Origin: Candidatus Aenigmatarchaeota archaeon
GTDB taxonomy: Archaea; Aenigmatarchaeota; Aenigmatarchaeia; PWEA01
Length of the DNA: 43,965 nt
Direction of reading: 5' to 3'
Assembly (NCBI GenBank): GCA_046539325.1
Contig: JBKHHD010000007.1
Location: forward strand, 1 to 43,965
In this document: positions 8,518 through 18,555 of the stretch, in pieces
Position numbering within the stretch: the first letter of the stretch is position 1
How the letters are laid out: every line of letters begins with the position of its first letter
The notes under the pieces: generated by a model
Database searches by the model: none
Told to the model about the DNA's origin: nothing
The model's input: the letters and a program-made list of their open reading frames with translations, nothing else
Translations under genes and position numbers: made by a program

Positions 8518-9804
8518 ATGCCTATAAAGACAAAGGAGGACGGAGAACCTGACTTTAAGCCTACTACAGCAGGGGTTCCTAGCCTGCATAGCAGAACTCT
8601 CACCTTTGCAGGAAAGCCTGGTTTTCCCTCGGGAATTTACTTTGGAATGATAGACATACTTGAGGATAACATGGGCTACGAAGTTAGAAAGGTAAAGGAC
8701 TGGATAGAGGTCAATCCTCAGTCAGATTTCTATGATGAGCTTTCACAGAGGAAGCAGTCTATAGAGCAGCAGGTCGGTGCTGTAACCAACAGGATTTCTG
8801 AAGCAAGAAAGGAGCTTGAAATGCTTCGGCACGATAAGAGGAAGCTCCAGAGGATAATTGACCACAAGGAGCAGGGAGATCTCGATGTACTTAAAAGCGA
8901 CTTTGTGGATCTAGTGGATAGAAATACGGATATGAGCTTGCTTGAGCTTGCGAACAGCGGACGGTTCCCTTCGATAGTTGTTGATTTCTACAAGATAGAA
9001 AGTGTGGAAGATATCGAGGAACTCGACGTTTCCAAGGGCGAGAAGCAGGTACTTAAGAAGAAGTGGTCTCTGTTCCAGGACTGGAAGAAGAGATTTGTGG
9101 GGGAGATAGAGAGAAGGATGTCGACTATAGATAGCGAAATAAGGTCACATAAAGAGACAATAGATAATCTTAAGGAAACCTTACATCCTTACGCCAAGGC
9201 CTTGAAGAGGATAAGGCTTGGTGAGCCTCAGGAGTACCATGGACTTGACGATCCGAGGATAATTGAGAAGTATTCAGGAGCTATCTCCGGTGTTGATCTT
9301 TATTGCTGGAAGAACCTTAGTTCAATGTCGTTTTTCGGGGAGTATGACAAGTTTGAACCCGAGCTTTACGATAAGTACGATGACTACCCGGGTTATGAAT
9401 TCTATTCCTTTTTTGAGATAAGGGTGAGGAAAAGCTCCTCTATAGTTTCCGGTGAAAGTGTGGAGGTTGTAACCATAACTATAGACCCTGAGCTTCAGGA
9501 TAGGGATGGTATAGCTGAAAAGAAAGAGGAGATCGAGAAGGAGAAGGAAAGGCTTCGTAATTCTATAAGAAGATTGAGCGGCGAGGATGTCGAGGAGATA
9601 GAAGAGGAAGAAGGGAAAAGTGAAGGATTTTCTGAGAAAGTAGAGAAGCTGAAAGGAATGCTGAGCATTGGCGATAAGCCACATAAAGGTGAGTTCGAGA
9701 AAATTGTCGTGGAGGAGACGGACGAGCTTTACGAGAGGTTGAAGGAGCTAGGTGACGGTCTAAAGCTCTGGAAGCTTCGAAAGCTCAGGACGATGAAGGA
9801 CTGA
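8518..9804 (+). CDS. hypothetical coiled-coil protein
   Basis: 428-aa ORF with normal codon usage and several heptad segments; 5 nt from the next gene. Confidence 0.85.
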   Translation: MPIKTKEDGEPDFKPTTAGVPSLHSRTLTFAGKPGFPSGIYFGMIDILEDNMGYEVRKVKDWIEVNPQSDFYDELSQRKQSIEQQVGAVTNRISEARKELEMLRHDKRKLQRIIDHKEQGDLDVLKSDFVDLVDRNTDMSLLELANSGRFPSIVVDFYKIESVEDIEELDVSKGEKQVLKKKWSLFQDWKKRFVGEIERRMSTIDSEIRSHKETIDNLKETLHPYAKALKRIRLGEPQEYHGLDDPRIIEKYSGAISGVDLYCWKNLSSMSFFGEYDKFEPELYDKYDDYPGYEFYSFFEIRVRKSSSIVSGESVEVVTITIDPELQDRDGIAEKKEEIEKEKERLRNSIRRLSGEDVEEIEEEEGKSEGFSEKVEKLKGMLSIGDKPHKGEFEKIVVEETDELYERLKELGDGLKLWKLRKLRTMKD

Positions 9805-9809
9805 TCGAT

Positions 9810-11546
9810 ATGCTTAAAGCTGTAAAAAAGTCCTTAGGTCTTTCGGAAGAAGAGAGGAAGCTGGAGCCTGAAGGATATATTGTTCAGACCAGTGGATGGC
9901 CCGAACAGCTGCAGCAGAGAGTTCTTGAATACATTTCTGATGTTGCACAGAAAGGCGTTTCGTCAGTAGAAATAACCTTAAACCACCCGGAGTCTTTGAC
10001 GCCTCATGCTATCGATGAAATAAAGATTTTCCATGAACAGGAAGACGTTAAGGTTAACATCCATGCATCTCTTGATTTGAGAGCCGCTATGGCAGAAAAA
10101 AAGAACTACGATAGAGTGGATGACTATATGAAGAAATTCATAGAGAAGGCTTATGAAATAGAGGCTGATTACATAAATCTACATACCTCAAACTTTCCCA
10201 GTCCTGAGCTTGGAAGGACAAGGGGCGTTAGGTATGAGGTCATGGTAACTCCAGAAGGCGATCCTGTAAACGACTTCGTCGAGGAACTTGTCAATAACTA
10301 CTTTGATTCTGAAACCCTCTACTGGCTTGTTAAGGACCTGAGGAAGAGAACGAGAGTTATAGACAGGTGGAGGATAAAGGAAAGGCTTCTCGATGAGGAC
10401 GAAGGTTATTTTGAGGAGGTTGTGACAGACCAGGAGATAGAAGAAAAGCTTGAGGAGTTTAAAAAGAGAAAAAAGGATCATGAGATGAAACTTGGGCGGG
10501 AGATTTCTTGGGATGATATAGAGATACCCAGGCCTACCAGAGAGAACGCTTTAGATGATCTAAGGGAAAAATACGAAGTTGGAGTCAAGAATATATTCAG
10601 AAGGTTCAGGGATATGCCGGAGGACTTCAAGACAGAGGTAGCCAAAAAGGCTTTCCGTGAGATCATAGAAGAGGACGAAGTTGATATCGAGAGGATATTC
10701 AACGAGTTCCGTATGTACAAGCTTATTGCGTGGCGTATGTATGAGAGAGGTAACAGTATATGGAGAAGGATCTGCGGGGATAAAAGTCCTGAGGAAATTG
10801 AGGAGGACGGAAAGATGGAACTGCTTGTCGATGCTGTTGCTGGAGAGTACCTGAAAGGTCATGTTGGCAACTGGAAGGATAAATTGGAGGATACTGATGT
10901 TGTAATTACTTTCGAAACGCCCGATGCCAGGGAAAAACAGTTCCTTGGATACTACAGGTTAGTAAACCCAGAGCGTATATACAAGGTCGTTAAGTCGATA
11001 GGTCACCCGCAGGTTAAGCTCTGTTTCGATTTCGAGCATATAGCTACCCAGGGTTTGAATCCAAGGGATATTCTTGAGAAAACTGAAAGTAACATCGGCG
11101 AGGAAACCTACCTTGTACATCTTTCCAGTAGACCTTCGCCTGGGCACGAACATTTTCCTCTGCAAAAAGGTGAGATACAGCTCTATAAAATGCTCTGGGA
11201 ACTGAAGACGAAAGGCTTTGAATCCGGATACCTTACCTTTGAAAGAGGTGGGGGCGGAAGAGGTCAGGGTGATGAGGCGTTCAAGAAGTCAATTCCCATA
11301 GTAAAGGAGATGGCAATGTATTTAGAGGATGATGTAGCGCCTGGTGAGCTTCCGGTTGAGTTTTACGGCTACAACGATAAAGCTTTCAAGAGGGACCAGG
11401 CAGTTATACAGAGCAATACCTTCGAGCCTATAAAGGGACTTATCGAGTCGCCGCAGATGCAAGACACCTTTCTCGGGAAACACGCTACTGAGACCGAGCC
11501 TCGGATGCGTGGCGAAGGTGGCTGGGAAGGTGAAGAGCACAGGTAG
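9810..11546 (+). CDS. xylose-isomerase/endonuclease IV-like TIM-barrel metalloprotein with large helical insertion
   Basis: Metal-ligand pattern NIHAS, INLHTS, TFETPD, CFDFEH, LVHLS, HEHFP, LTFERGG. Confidence 0.8.
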   Translation: MLKAVKKSLGLSEEERKLEPEGYIVQTSGWPEQLQQRVLEYISDVAQKGVSSVEITLNHPESLTPHAIDEIKIFHEQEDVKVNIHASLDLRAAMAEKKNYDRVDDYMKKFIEKAYEIEADYINLHTSNFPSPELGRTRGVRYEVMVTPEGDPVNDFVEELVNNYFDSETLYWLVKDLRKRTRVIDRWRIKERLLDEDEGYFEEVVTDQEIEEKLEEFKKRKKDHEMKLGREISWDDIEIPRPTRENALDDLREKYEVGVKNIFRRFRDMPEDFKTEVAKKAFREIIEEDEVDIERIFNEFRMYKLIAWRMYERGNSIWRRICGDKSPEEIEEDGKMELLVDAVAGEYLKGHVGNWKDKLEDTDVVITFETPDAREKQFLGYYRLVNPERIYKVVKSIGHPQVKLCFDFEHIATQGLNPRDILEKTESNIGEETYLVHLSSRPSPGHEHFPLQKGEIQLYKMLWELKTKGFESGYLTFERGGGGRGQGDEAFKKSIPIVKEMAMYLEDDVAPGELPVEFYGYNDKAFKRDQAVIQSNTFEPIKGLIESPQMQDTFLGKHATETEPRMRGEGGWEGEEHR

Positions 11547-11592
11547 CCAAACCTTTAAATAGTAGTAGTTGTAACTATTAGGTGGTGAAAAC

Positions 11593-12963
11593 ATGCCCGA
11601 AGAAAATGACGTAGGTTCTAATGGACTCAAGCCCGATGAAACTTTTGCTGGCAAAACAAAGGACTTCAGATCCACCAAAAGGAAGATAAAGGACTTTCAG
11701 AAGAAGAGGAGGATGGACGCTGCTGAGAAGTTTAGAAAGGAAGCGCTGGAGAAGCACGGCGAGTATATAAATGCTATAATCGGTACAGGCTCCGTCACGC
11801 GTGATGAGTTCTCTTCAGAATCAGATCTCGATATTACTGTATTTATAGACGATACGAGAGAAGATGTGGACAAAAAGAAGAAAAAGGAAATAGAGAAGGA
11901 TCTGAAGGAGATAGCCGAAGGCTGCGGGAAAACGAAGTCAGGTAACCATATTCTTCATGTACAGCCTCCTTGGACTATAACTGAGTACTGGGATATGATG
12001 AGGAGGGGCAGTCCTGTTGCGCATTCCTGGACACAGGACGCCAAGGCTATATACGACGACGGTTTCTTCGGACCCGTTCAGAGGCTTTACAAGATGGGCA
12101 AGCTTCCCGCGACGAGAAAGTCCGCGGAAAAGAGGATGTCCAAGGTTCCTAAGAGGTTGAACCGTGCAGAGAGGATGAAGGTACTCATAGTTGCTAAGGA
12201 TATCTACCACGCTATGGTAAACTCGCTACAGGCCGTCATAGTTTACATGGGCGAAGAGGTCCCTGCTCCGAAACAGCTTGCTAAGGTCGCAAGGGAAGAG
12301 CTCGTTTCAAGGGATTTACTTGAGGAGAAATACGTGGAGCAGTACGAGGAGGTTTACTCGCTTTACAAGGACGTCGAGCACAACGATATGGATGAGCTTA
12401 GCGGCGAGGAGGTGGACGAGTACATAGAGATGGGCAAGGAGTTTGTCACCGAGATGCAGAAGCTGATGAAGAAGATCGAGCTGAACAGGAAGGCAAGGAA
12501 GATTCAGTCGAACTACGAGTCTATGGTGAAGACCTCTGTAGCTGCACTCAAGGGTCTTGGAGAGCTTCCTGAGGATCCAAAGGACCTACCGAAGGCCTTT
12601 AAGGAGGTTTTGATTGAAAGGGAGCTGGTTGACGAGAGGTATGAAAAGACCTTTGGAAAGGTACTGGAGATGAAGAAGAAGCTGAACGAGAAGGAGATAG
12701 AAGATATCACGGAGCATCAGATAAACGTTGCAAAGGACTTCGTCAAAGGATTCATGAGAGACGTTCATCAGCTCATGGACGAAAGAGGAATAGAGCCTGG
12801 TGAAGTAGAAGAAAAAATGGAGCCGGATGAGACGCCTTCAGCCGAAAAGATTGAAAAAGAAGTAGAAGGGGAAGAAGAAAAAGTGGAGTGTGACGAGTGC
12901 GGCAAGGAGTTCGACAGTGAGAGAGGCCTGAAGATACATAGAAGCCAGGTTCACGAGTCTTGA
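11593..12963 (+). CDS. Pol-beta-type nucleotidyltransferase fused to HEPN-like helical domain(s) and a C2H2 zinc finger
   Basis: GTGSVTRDEFSSESDLDITVFIDD; HEPN-like DIYHAMVNSLQAVI...YKDVEH; CDECGKEFDSERGLKIHRSQVH. Confidence 0.85.
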   Translation: MPEENDVGSNGLKPDETFAGKTKDFRSTKRKIKDFQKKRRMDAAEKFRKEALEKHGEYINAIIGTGSVTRDEFSSESDLDITVFIDDTREDVDKKKKKEIEKDLKEIAEGCGKTKSGNHILHVQPPWTITEYWDMMRRGSPVAHSWTQDAKAIYDDGFFGPVQRLYKMGKLPATRKSAEKRMSKVPKRLNRAERMKVLIVAKDIYHAMVNSLQAVIVYMGEEVPAPKQLAKVAREELVSRDLLEEKYVEQYEEVYSLYKDVEHNDMDELSGEEVDEYIEMGKEFVTEMQKLMKKIELNRKARKIQSNYESMVKTSVAALKGLGELPEDPKDLPKAFKEVLIERELVDERYEKTFGKVLEMKKKLNEKEIEDITEHQINVAKDFVKGFMRDVHQLMDERGIEPGEVEEKMEPDETPSAEKIEKEVEGEEEKVECDECGKEFDSERGLKIHRSQVHES

Positions 12964-13025
12964 TCTGTACTTTCTCTGTGGCGTAACTGTTAACTTTAAA
13001 AAACTGCCTTCCAAACTTCTAACGA

Positions 13026-15065
13026 ATGACACAGCTTATAATCGCCGAGAAGCCTGATGCTGCAGGAAGAATTGCTTATGCTCTCGCAGACGACAATGTT
13101 TCTAAGAAGAATAGAGGCAAGGCTGTGTGGTACGAAACCACTGTTGGGGACGAGGAAACTTATGTCGTGCCAGCAGTAGGCCATTTATTTACGCTGGAAC
13201 AGGAAGGAAAGGGATGGGACTATCCTATTTACGATATAGAGTGGAAGCCTACACACGAGGTACGTGATAACTCCAACTGGATGAAGAACTACCATACAAA
13301 TCTGAAGAAGCTCGCAGAGAAGTCCGATACATTCATCAATGCCTGTGACTACGACCAAGAAGGTGCGGTTATTGGATTCAATATACTCAAGTTTATTGTT
13401 GGAACGGAAAACGCTGCCAGGATGAAGTTTTCTACTTTGACGACTTCGGACCTTCAGGAGGCATATGACAACCTTTCCGAGGACCTGGACCGTGGTATGG
13501 TGGACTCTGGCCTTGCGAGGCATATACTGGACTGGCTCTGGGGTATAAACCTTTCCCGTGCCCTTACACTTTCCGTTAAGAACAATACGAACACTTTTCA
13601 CGTACTGTCTACAGGAAGGGTTCAGGGTCCTGCTCTGAAGATACTTGCTGAGAGGGAGAGAGAAATACAGGAGTTTAAGCCGGAGGACTACTGGGTCCTC
13701 GAGGCTCTATTGAAGTCTGAGAAGGAGAGCATAAAAGCAAAACATAACAAGGACAAGTTCTGGGAGGAGGATGAGGCGGAGGATACAAAGGAAAGGGCAG
13801 AAGAAAACGAAGCAACTGTAGAAGAGGTCAAGAAAAACAAGTACAAGCATAAACCTCCGGCACCCTTCGACCTTTCATCCCTGCAGAGCGAAGCCTACTC
13901 CGCCTTTAAGTTCAATCCTTCTAAGACTTTGGATGTTGCTCAGTCGCTCTACGAGTCCGGCCTTATTTCCTATCCCAGGACCTCCAGCCAGAAGCTACCG
14001 CCGAAGATAGGATACCAGAAGATACTGAAGAAGCTGAAAAATCAGGACAAGTACAAGGATCCTGCGAGTAAGGTTTTGGGCAAGGACAAGATATTCCCCA
14101 AGCAGGGCAAGAAGGAAGACAAGGCACATCCTGCTATATATCCGACCGGATCAAAGCCAGATAATCTTTCAGAGGACGAGAAGAAGCTCTACGATCTTGT
14201 TGTGAAGAGGTATTTTGCGGTCTTCGGTGACCCTGCCTTGAGAGAGTCCGTAAAACTAACCTTCGACCTTTCCGGTGAAAAGTTCACGGCCAAAGGGAAG
14301 AGGACATTGGAAAAGAACTGGTTTACTCTTTACAAGCCGTACGTCAAGAAGAAGGAGCAGGTTATTCCAGATGTGGAGGAAGGCGAAGAGCTCGACGTCG
14401 AAGAGGTCAGAAAACTGGACAAACAGACACAGCCTCCTAACAGATATACTCAGGCCTCGTTGGTTTCAGAGATGGAAAAGAGGAATCTCGGAACGAAGGC
14501 AACGAGGTCACAGATCGTGGATAAGCTCTACGACCGCGGCTACATCGATGGCTCCTCTATAAAGGTTATGGATATAGGTCTTGCGGTCGTCGATATACTT
14601 GAGGAGTACGCTCCGAAGGTTCTCTCCGAAGAGATGACAAGAAGCATAGAGGAAGAGATGGAGGAGATACGTGACGGAGAAAACACAAAAGAGGAGGTCG
14701 TTGAGCAGGCCAAGGAGACCCCGGGTGAGATATTAGAAAGTATAAGGGAGAACGAGGAGGAGATAGGTCAGGGTCTGAAGGAAGCTGTATTGGAAACGAA
14801 GAGGAAGAAGAGAGAGCTAGGTGAATGTCCTGAATGTGGCGGCACCCTAAAGGTCATAAAGACGGGCAAGAGTCAGTTCGTCGGCTGTACCAACTACCCT
14901 GACTGTGAGAACTCATTCCCACTTCCACAGAACGCAAAGATTGTTCCTACAAAGGATACATGCGACGACTGCGGTCTACCTACCTTCAAGGTTATAAGAA
15001 AGGGCAAAAGGCCATTTACGATGTGTCCTGATCCGGACTGCAAGTCCAAGGACGATTGGGATTAA
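13026..15065 (+). CDS. topA: type IA DNA topoisomerase
   Basis: IIAEKP, ACDYDQEG, STGRVQGP, catalytic SYPRT, LGTKATR, C-terminal Zn ribbons. Confidence 0.97.
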   Translation: MTQLIIAEKPDAAGRIAYALADDNVSKKNRGKAVWYETTVGDEETYVVPAVGHLFTLEQEGKGWDYPIYDIEWKPTHEVRDNSNWMKNYHTNLKKLAEKSDTFINACDYDQEGAVIGFNILKFIVGTENAARMKFSTLTTSDLQEAYDNLSEDLDRGMVDSGLARHILDWLWGINLSRALTLSVKNNTNTFHVLSTGRVQGPALKILAEREREIQEFKPEDYWVLEALLKSEKESIKAKHNKDKFWEEDEAEDTKERAEENEATVEEVKKNKYKHKPPAPFDLSSLQSEAYSAFKFNPSKTLDVAQSLYESGLISYPRTSSQKLPPKIGYQKILKKLKNQDKYKDPASKVLGKDKIFPKQGKKEDKAHPAIYPTGSKPDNLSEDEKKLYDLVVKRYFAVFGDPALRESVKLTFDLSGEKFTAKGKRTLEKNWFTLYKPYVKKKEQVIPDVEEGEELDVEEVRKLDKQTQPPNRYTQASLVSEMEKRNLGTKATRSQIVDKLYDRGYIDGSSIKVMDIGLAVVDILEEYAPKVLSEEMTRSIEEEMEEIRDGENTKEEVVEQAKETPGEILESIRENEEEIGQGLKEAVLETKRKKRELGECPECGGTLKVIKTGKSQFVGCTNYPDCENSFPLPQNAKIVPTKDTCDDCGLPTFKVIRKGKRPFTMCPDPDCKSKDDWD

Positions 15066-15070
15066 TTACA

Positions 15071-15769
15071 TTACATAAAGCTTAACTTCTTATCGGGCTT
15101 TTCGAGACCGTTTTCGGTTATGACTACCTGTGCTTCCTTTCCCTCTGGCTGTGATCTATGCTTCCGGAGAATCATAATTCTCTTCCCTTTCTCAAACTTC
15201 TTCATCTCAAGTAGACATTTGGACTGGTACTTTGCTATATCCCTTGAAACTAGTTCAACTCCGCCGTTTTCCATGTCCGAATAGATCTGATTGGTTATGA
15301 GTATAGGAACTTCCTTCTTCCTTGAGAGATTTGAAAGTGTGGACAGCTGGTTTGCCAACCTGCTGTTTATTTCTCTTGTATTTCCATCGTTTAGCTCAAG
15401 TCTGTATAGCGTGACGAGTGAGTCGAGAACTATTAGTCCTATGTTCTTCTTGTCACATATACTTTCAAGCCTTCCAACGTTTTCTTCCTGGCTGTCGAAG
15501 TCATCCGGCTCTATCAGTATTATTTCATCGAGCATCTTTTCAGCGTTGCCGGAGATCTGATCCAGTCTCTCCTTTGAGAAACCACCTTCCGTGTCTATGA
15601 AGACTACCTTCTTTCCTTCTTCGATGCATGAAACGGCCGTCTGTAAGCACATCGTAGTCTTTCCGCAGCCAGGCGGCCCGTAGGCATTTGTCAGTGTATT
15701 CCTTTCTATTCCGCCGCCTAGTAGCTCGTCAAGCGCTTCACACCCCGTTGAAAGCCTCTCTACTTTCAT
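15071..15769 (-). CDS. radB: DNA repair and recombination protein RadB
   Basis: STGCEALDELLGGG, GPPGCGKT, IDTEGG, LRKHRS signature; no RadA N-terminal domain. Confidence 0.93.
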   Translation of the reverse strand: MKVERLSTGCEALDELLGGGIERNTLTNAYGPPGCGKTTMCLQTAVSCIEEGKKVVFIDTEGGFSKERLDQISGNAEKMLDEIILIEPDDFDSQEENVGRLESICDKKNIGLIVLDSLVTLYRLELNDGNTREINSRLANQLSTLSNLSRKKEVPILITNQIYSDMENGGVELVSRDIAKYQSKCLLEMKKFEKGKRIMILRKHRSQPEGKEAQVVITENGLEKPDKKLSFM

Positions 15770-15861
15770 AGGCGTTAGTTTAATCCTCAGGCTTAAAATA
15801 TTAACTTTTTAGTTTACCTAAACAAAAACTTTATAAGGTTTAATGTACATACATAAAAATC

Positions 15862-16251
15862 ATGGAAGAAAGTTGTGTGACCTTCGACAAAGGCGGTGAG
15901 GTAGCTGCGCTGGTAAGCTTCTGTGTCGATTCAGAGAGGTTCAAGTCCAACTACCAGCGGAACAAGTTTTACCGCGGCCTCTACGGCTGGAAGCAGAAGG
16001 TAAAAAGAGGAGGAAAGGAGTACGTATACGACCGCAAAGGCATACTGGACAGGACACCGCACATAAAGGTGGACAAGTCCGTCTACATAGTTCCCGTGGA
16101 AGTTTTGGAGAAGGTAGTTGACTACCTTGACTCGTGGAAGGGAAAGGTTGACTACAAGATCTTCAAAGTTTTACTGGAAGAGGATAGCTTTAAAAATTTC
16201 AAAACAAAAGAAGACAGAAGGGAATCGTGGACCCAAATTCCAATAAACTAA
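15862..16251 (+). CDS. hypothetical small protein, probable Cas2/VapD-like ferredoxin fold
   Basis: Beta strand, helix RNKFYRGLYG, GIL...KVDKSVYIVP, then helix and strand; first gene of the cdc48 operon. Confidence 0.6.
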   Translation: MEESCVTFDKGGEVAALVSFCVDSERFKSNYQRNKFYRGLYGWKQKVKRGGKEYVYDRKGILDRTPHIKVDKSVYIVPVEVLEKVVDYLDSWKGKVDYKIFKVLLEEDSFKNFKTKEDRRESWTQIPIN

Positions 16252-16262
16252 TGGGATAAAAT

Positions 16263-18551
16263 ATGCCTGAGGAAAATTCAAACGGAAACGATGCTATTCG
16301 TCTTAAGGTAGGCGAGCTTACTTCGAGGGAAGAGTTCGGTAAAGGTATTGCTAGGCTCGACTCTAAGGTTATGAAGGAGCTTAATGTTACGGAAGGAGAC
16401 GTTATAGAAATAGAAGGTAAAAAGAAAACGGGCGTTCTTGCTGTGAGGTCTTATCCTGAAGACGTGGGAAGCAACCTCGTACGTATAGATGGCCTTGTGA
16501 GAAAGAACGCAGGTACTTCGGTCGGACAGAAGGTCAAGATGAGGAAGGCTGAAGCAAAGCCTGCGGAGAAGGTTACCTTAGCTCCTACACAAGAGGGCGT
16601 TGCTCTGCATATTTCATCTAATATATTTAAGAAGAATCTATATATGCGCCCTGCTTCGAAAGGCGATATAATAGTTCCTACGTCCGTGAAGAGCAAGAAG
16701 AGAGGAAACCTGTTTGAGGACTTCTTCGGTGAGGATATATTTTCAGATATGATGCCTGGTATAGGCGGAACGGAAACGAGGCTTATGGTTGTTTCTACGA
16801 AGCCGAAAGGGATAGTAAAAATAGATGACCAGACCACTATAGATCTGAAGCCGAAGGCCGTGGAGATAGAGGAGCAGGAAGTCCCTACTGTAACTTACGA
16901 GGACATTGGTGGACTTCACAATGAAATAAAGAAGGTAAGGGAGATGATAGAGGTTCCGCTTAAGCATCCGGAGGTGTTTGAACGGCTCGGTATTGAACCA
17001 CCTAAAGGCGTTCTGCTCCATGGGCCGCCTGGTACAGGTAAGACGCTTCTAGCGAAGGCTGTTGCAAATGAGGCAGGAGCACATTTCCAGACAATAAACG
17101 GACCTGAAGTAATGTCCAAATTCTACGGCGAATCAGAGAAGAAGGTGAGGGAGATCTTTGAAGAGGCCGAGGAGAACTCGCCGTCGATAATTTTCATAGA
17201 TGAGATCGATGCTATAGCCTCGAAGAGAGAAGAAGCAAGCGGTGAAGTTGAGAAGAGAGTTGTTTCGCAGCTCTTGACGCTTTTGGATGGCCTGGAGGCA
17301 AGAGGCCAGGTTATTGTTATTGCGGCCACCAACAGAGTCGATGCCGTAGATCCTGCCCTGAGAAGACCGGGTAGGTTTGACAGGGAAATTGAAATAGGCG
17401 TTCCGGATAAAAACGGTAGAAAGGAAATCCTACAGATTCATACAAGACACATGCCTCTGACGGATGATGTCGGGCTGGATGATATATCTGAAAGAACCTA
17501 CGGTTACGTGGGAGCGGATATAGAGGCTCTAGCCAAGGAAAGTGCTATGCATGCTTTGAGGAGAGTTTTGCCTGATATATCTGACCTGGAGGAAATGGAG
17601 GAACTTCCTGAAGAAAAGCTGGAGAAGCTTCAGGTTAACTACGAAGACTTCGACTACGCTATGAGAATGGTAGAACCTTCGGCTATGAGAGAGGTTCTCG
17701 TAGAAGTACCTGATGTTTCATGGGGCGATATTGGTGGACTTGAAGACGTAAAGGAAAGGCTTAAGGAAGCTGTGGAATGGCCCCTTAACTATCCGGAATC
17801 ATACGAAAATCTTGGAATAAAGCCACCTTCAGGTTTACTTCTTTACGGACCTCCGGGAACAGGTAAAACGATGCTTGCTAAGGCTGTCGCTAACAAGTCA
17901 GACTCCAACTTCATAAGTGTCAAGGGACCGGAGCTGCTTTCGAAGTACGTCGGTGAATCGGAAAAGAGAGTAAGGGAGATATTCAAGAAGGCAAAACAGG
18001 TAGCTCCAACTGTCGTGTTCTTCGACGAACTGGATGCATTGGCTTCTGAGAGAGGAAGCTCGGTCGGCGAAAACGTCTCAGAGAGAGTAGTTTCGCAGGT
18101 TCTTACTGAAATGTCTGGACTTGAAGAGCTGAACGATGTTATAGTTATCGGAGCCACAAATAGACCCGATATGATAGATCCTGCTCTTCTAAGACCTGGA
18201 AGATTCGACAATCAGCTTCTGGTTCCAGCTCCTGACGAGGAAGCGCGCAGAGAGATATTCAAGATTCACACCGAGGAAACACCGCTTGCGGACGACGTTG
18301 ACCTTGACAGGCTTGCAGAAATTACCGACGGCTACTCTGGAGCTGATATATACGCTATATGCAGAGAGGCTGCACTGAACGCGCTTAGAGAGGACAAGGA
18401 TTCGGATGTCGTAGAGAAGAAGCACTTTGATCAGGCTCTTGAGGAGTCCACAAAATCGATAACTGATGATATGGACGATTACTACGATGAGTTCGAGGCC
18501 TCTAGGAGGAGGATTGGTCAGGAAGAAGATGAAATAGATTATGTGGGTTGA
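16263..18551 (+). CDS. cdc48: CDC48/VAT AAA+ ATPase
   Basis: Two AAA modules (GPPGTGKT twice, [17 protein letters not shown]) and an N-domain. Confidence 0.97.
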   Translation: MPEENSNGNDAIRLKVGELTSREEFGKGIARLDSKVMKELNVTEGDVIEIEGKKKTGVLAVRSYPEDVGSNLVRIDGLVRKNAGTSVGQKVKMRKAEAKPAEKVTLAPTQEGVALHISSNIFKKNLYMRPASKGDIIVPTSVKSKKRGNLFEDFFGEDIFSDMMPGIGGTETRLMVVSTKPKGIVKIDDQTTIDLKPKAVEIEEQEVPTVTYEDIGGLHNEIKKVREMIEVPLKHPEVFERLGIEPPKGVLLHGPPGTGKTLLAKAVANEAGAHFQTINGPEVMSKFYGESEKKVREIFEEAEENSPSIIFIDEIDAIASKREEASGEVEKRVVSQLLTLLDGLEARGQVIVIAATNRVDAVDPALRRPGRFDREIEIGVPDKNGRKEILQIHTRHMPLTDDVGLDDISERTYGYVGADIEALAKESAMHALRRVLPDISDLEEMEELPEEKLEKLQVNYEDFDYAMRMVEPSAMREVLVEVPDVSWGDIGGLEDVKERLKEAVEWPLNYPESYENLGIKPPSGLLLYGPPGTGKTMLAKAVANKSDSNFISVKGPELLSKYVGESEKRVREIFKKAKQVAPTVVFFDELDALASERGSSVGENVSERVVSQVLTEMSGLEELNDVIVIGATNRPDMIDPALLRPGRFDNQLLVPAPDEEARREIFKIHTEETPLADDVDLDRLAEITDGYSGADIYAICREAALNALREDKDSDVVEKKHFDQALEESTKSITDDMDDYYDEFEASRRRIGQEEDEIDYVG

Positions 18552-18555
18552 GGAT

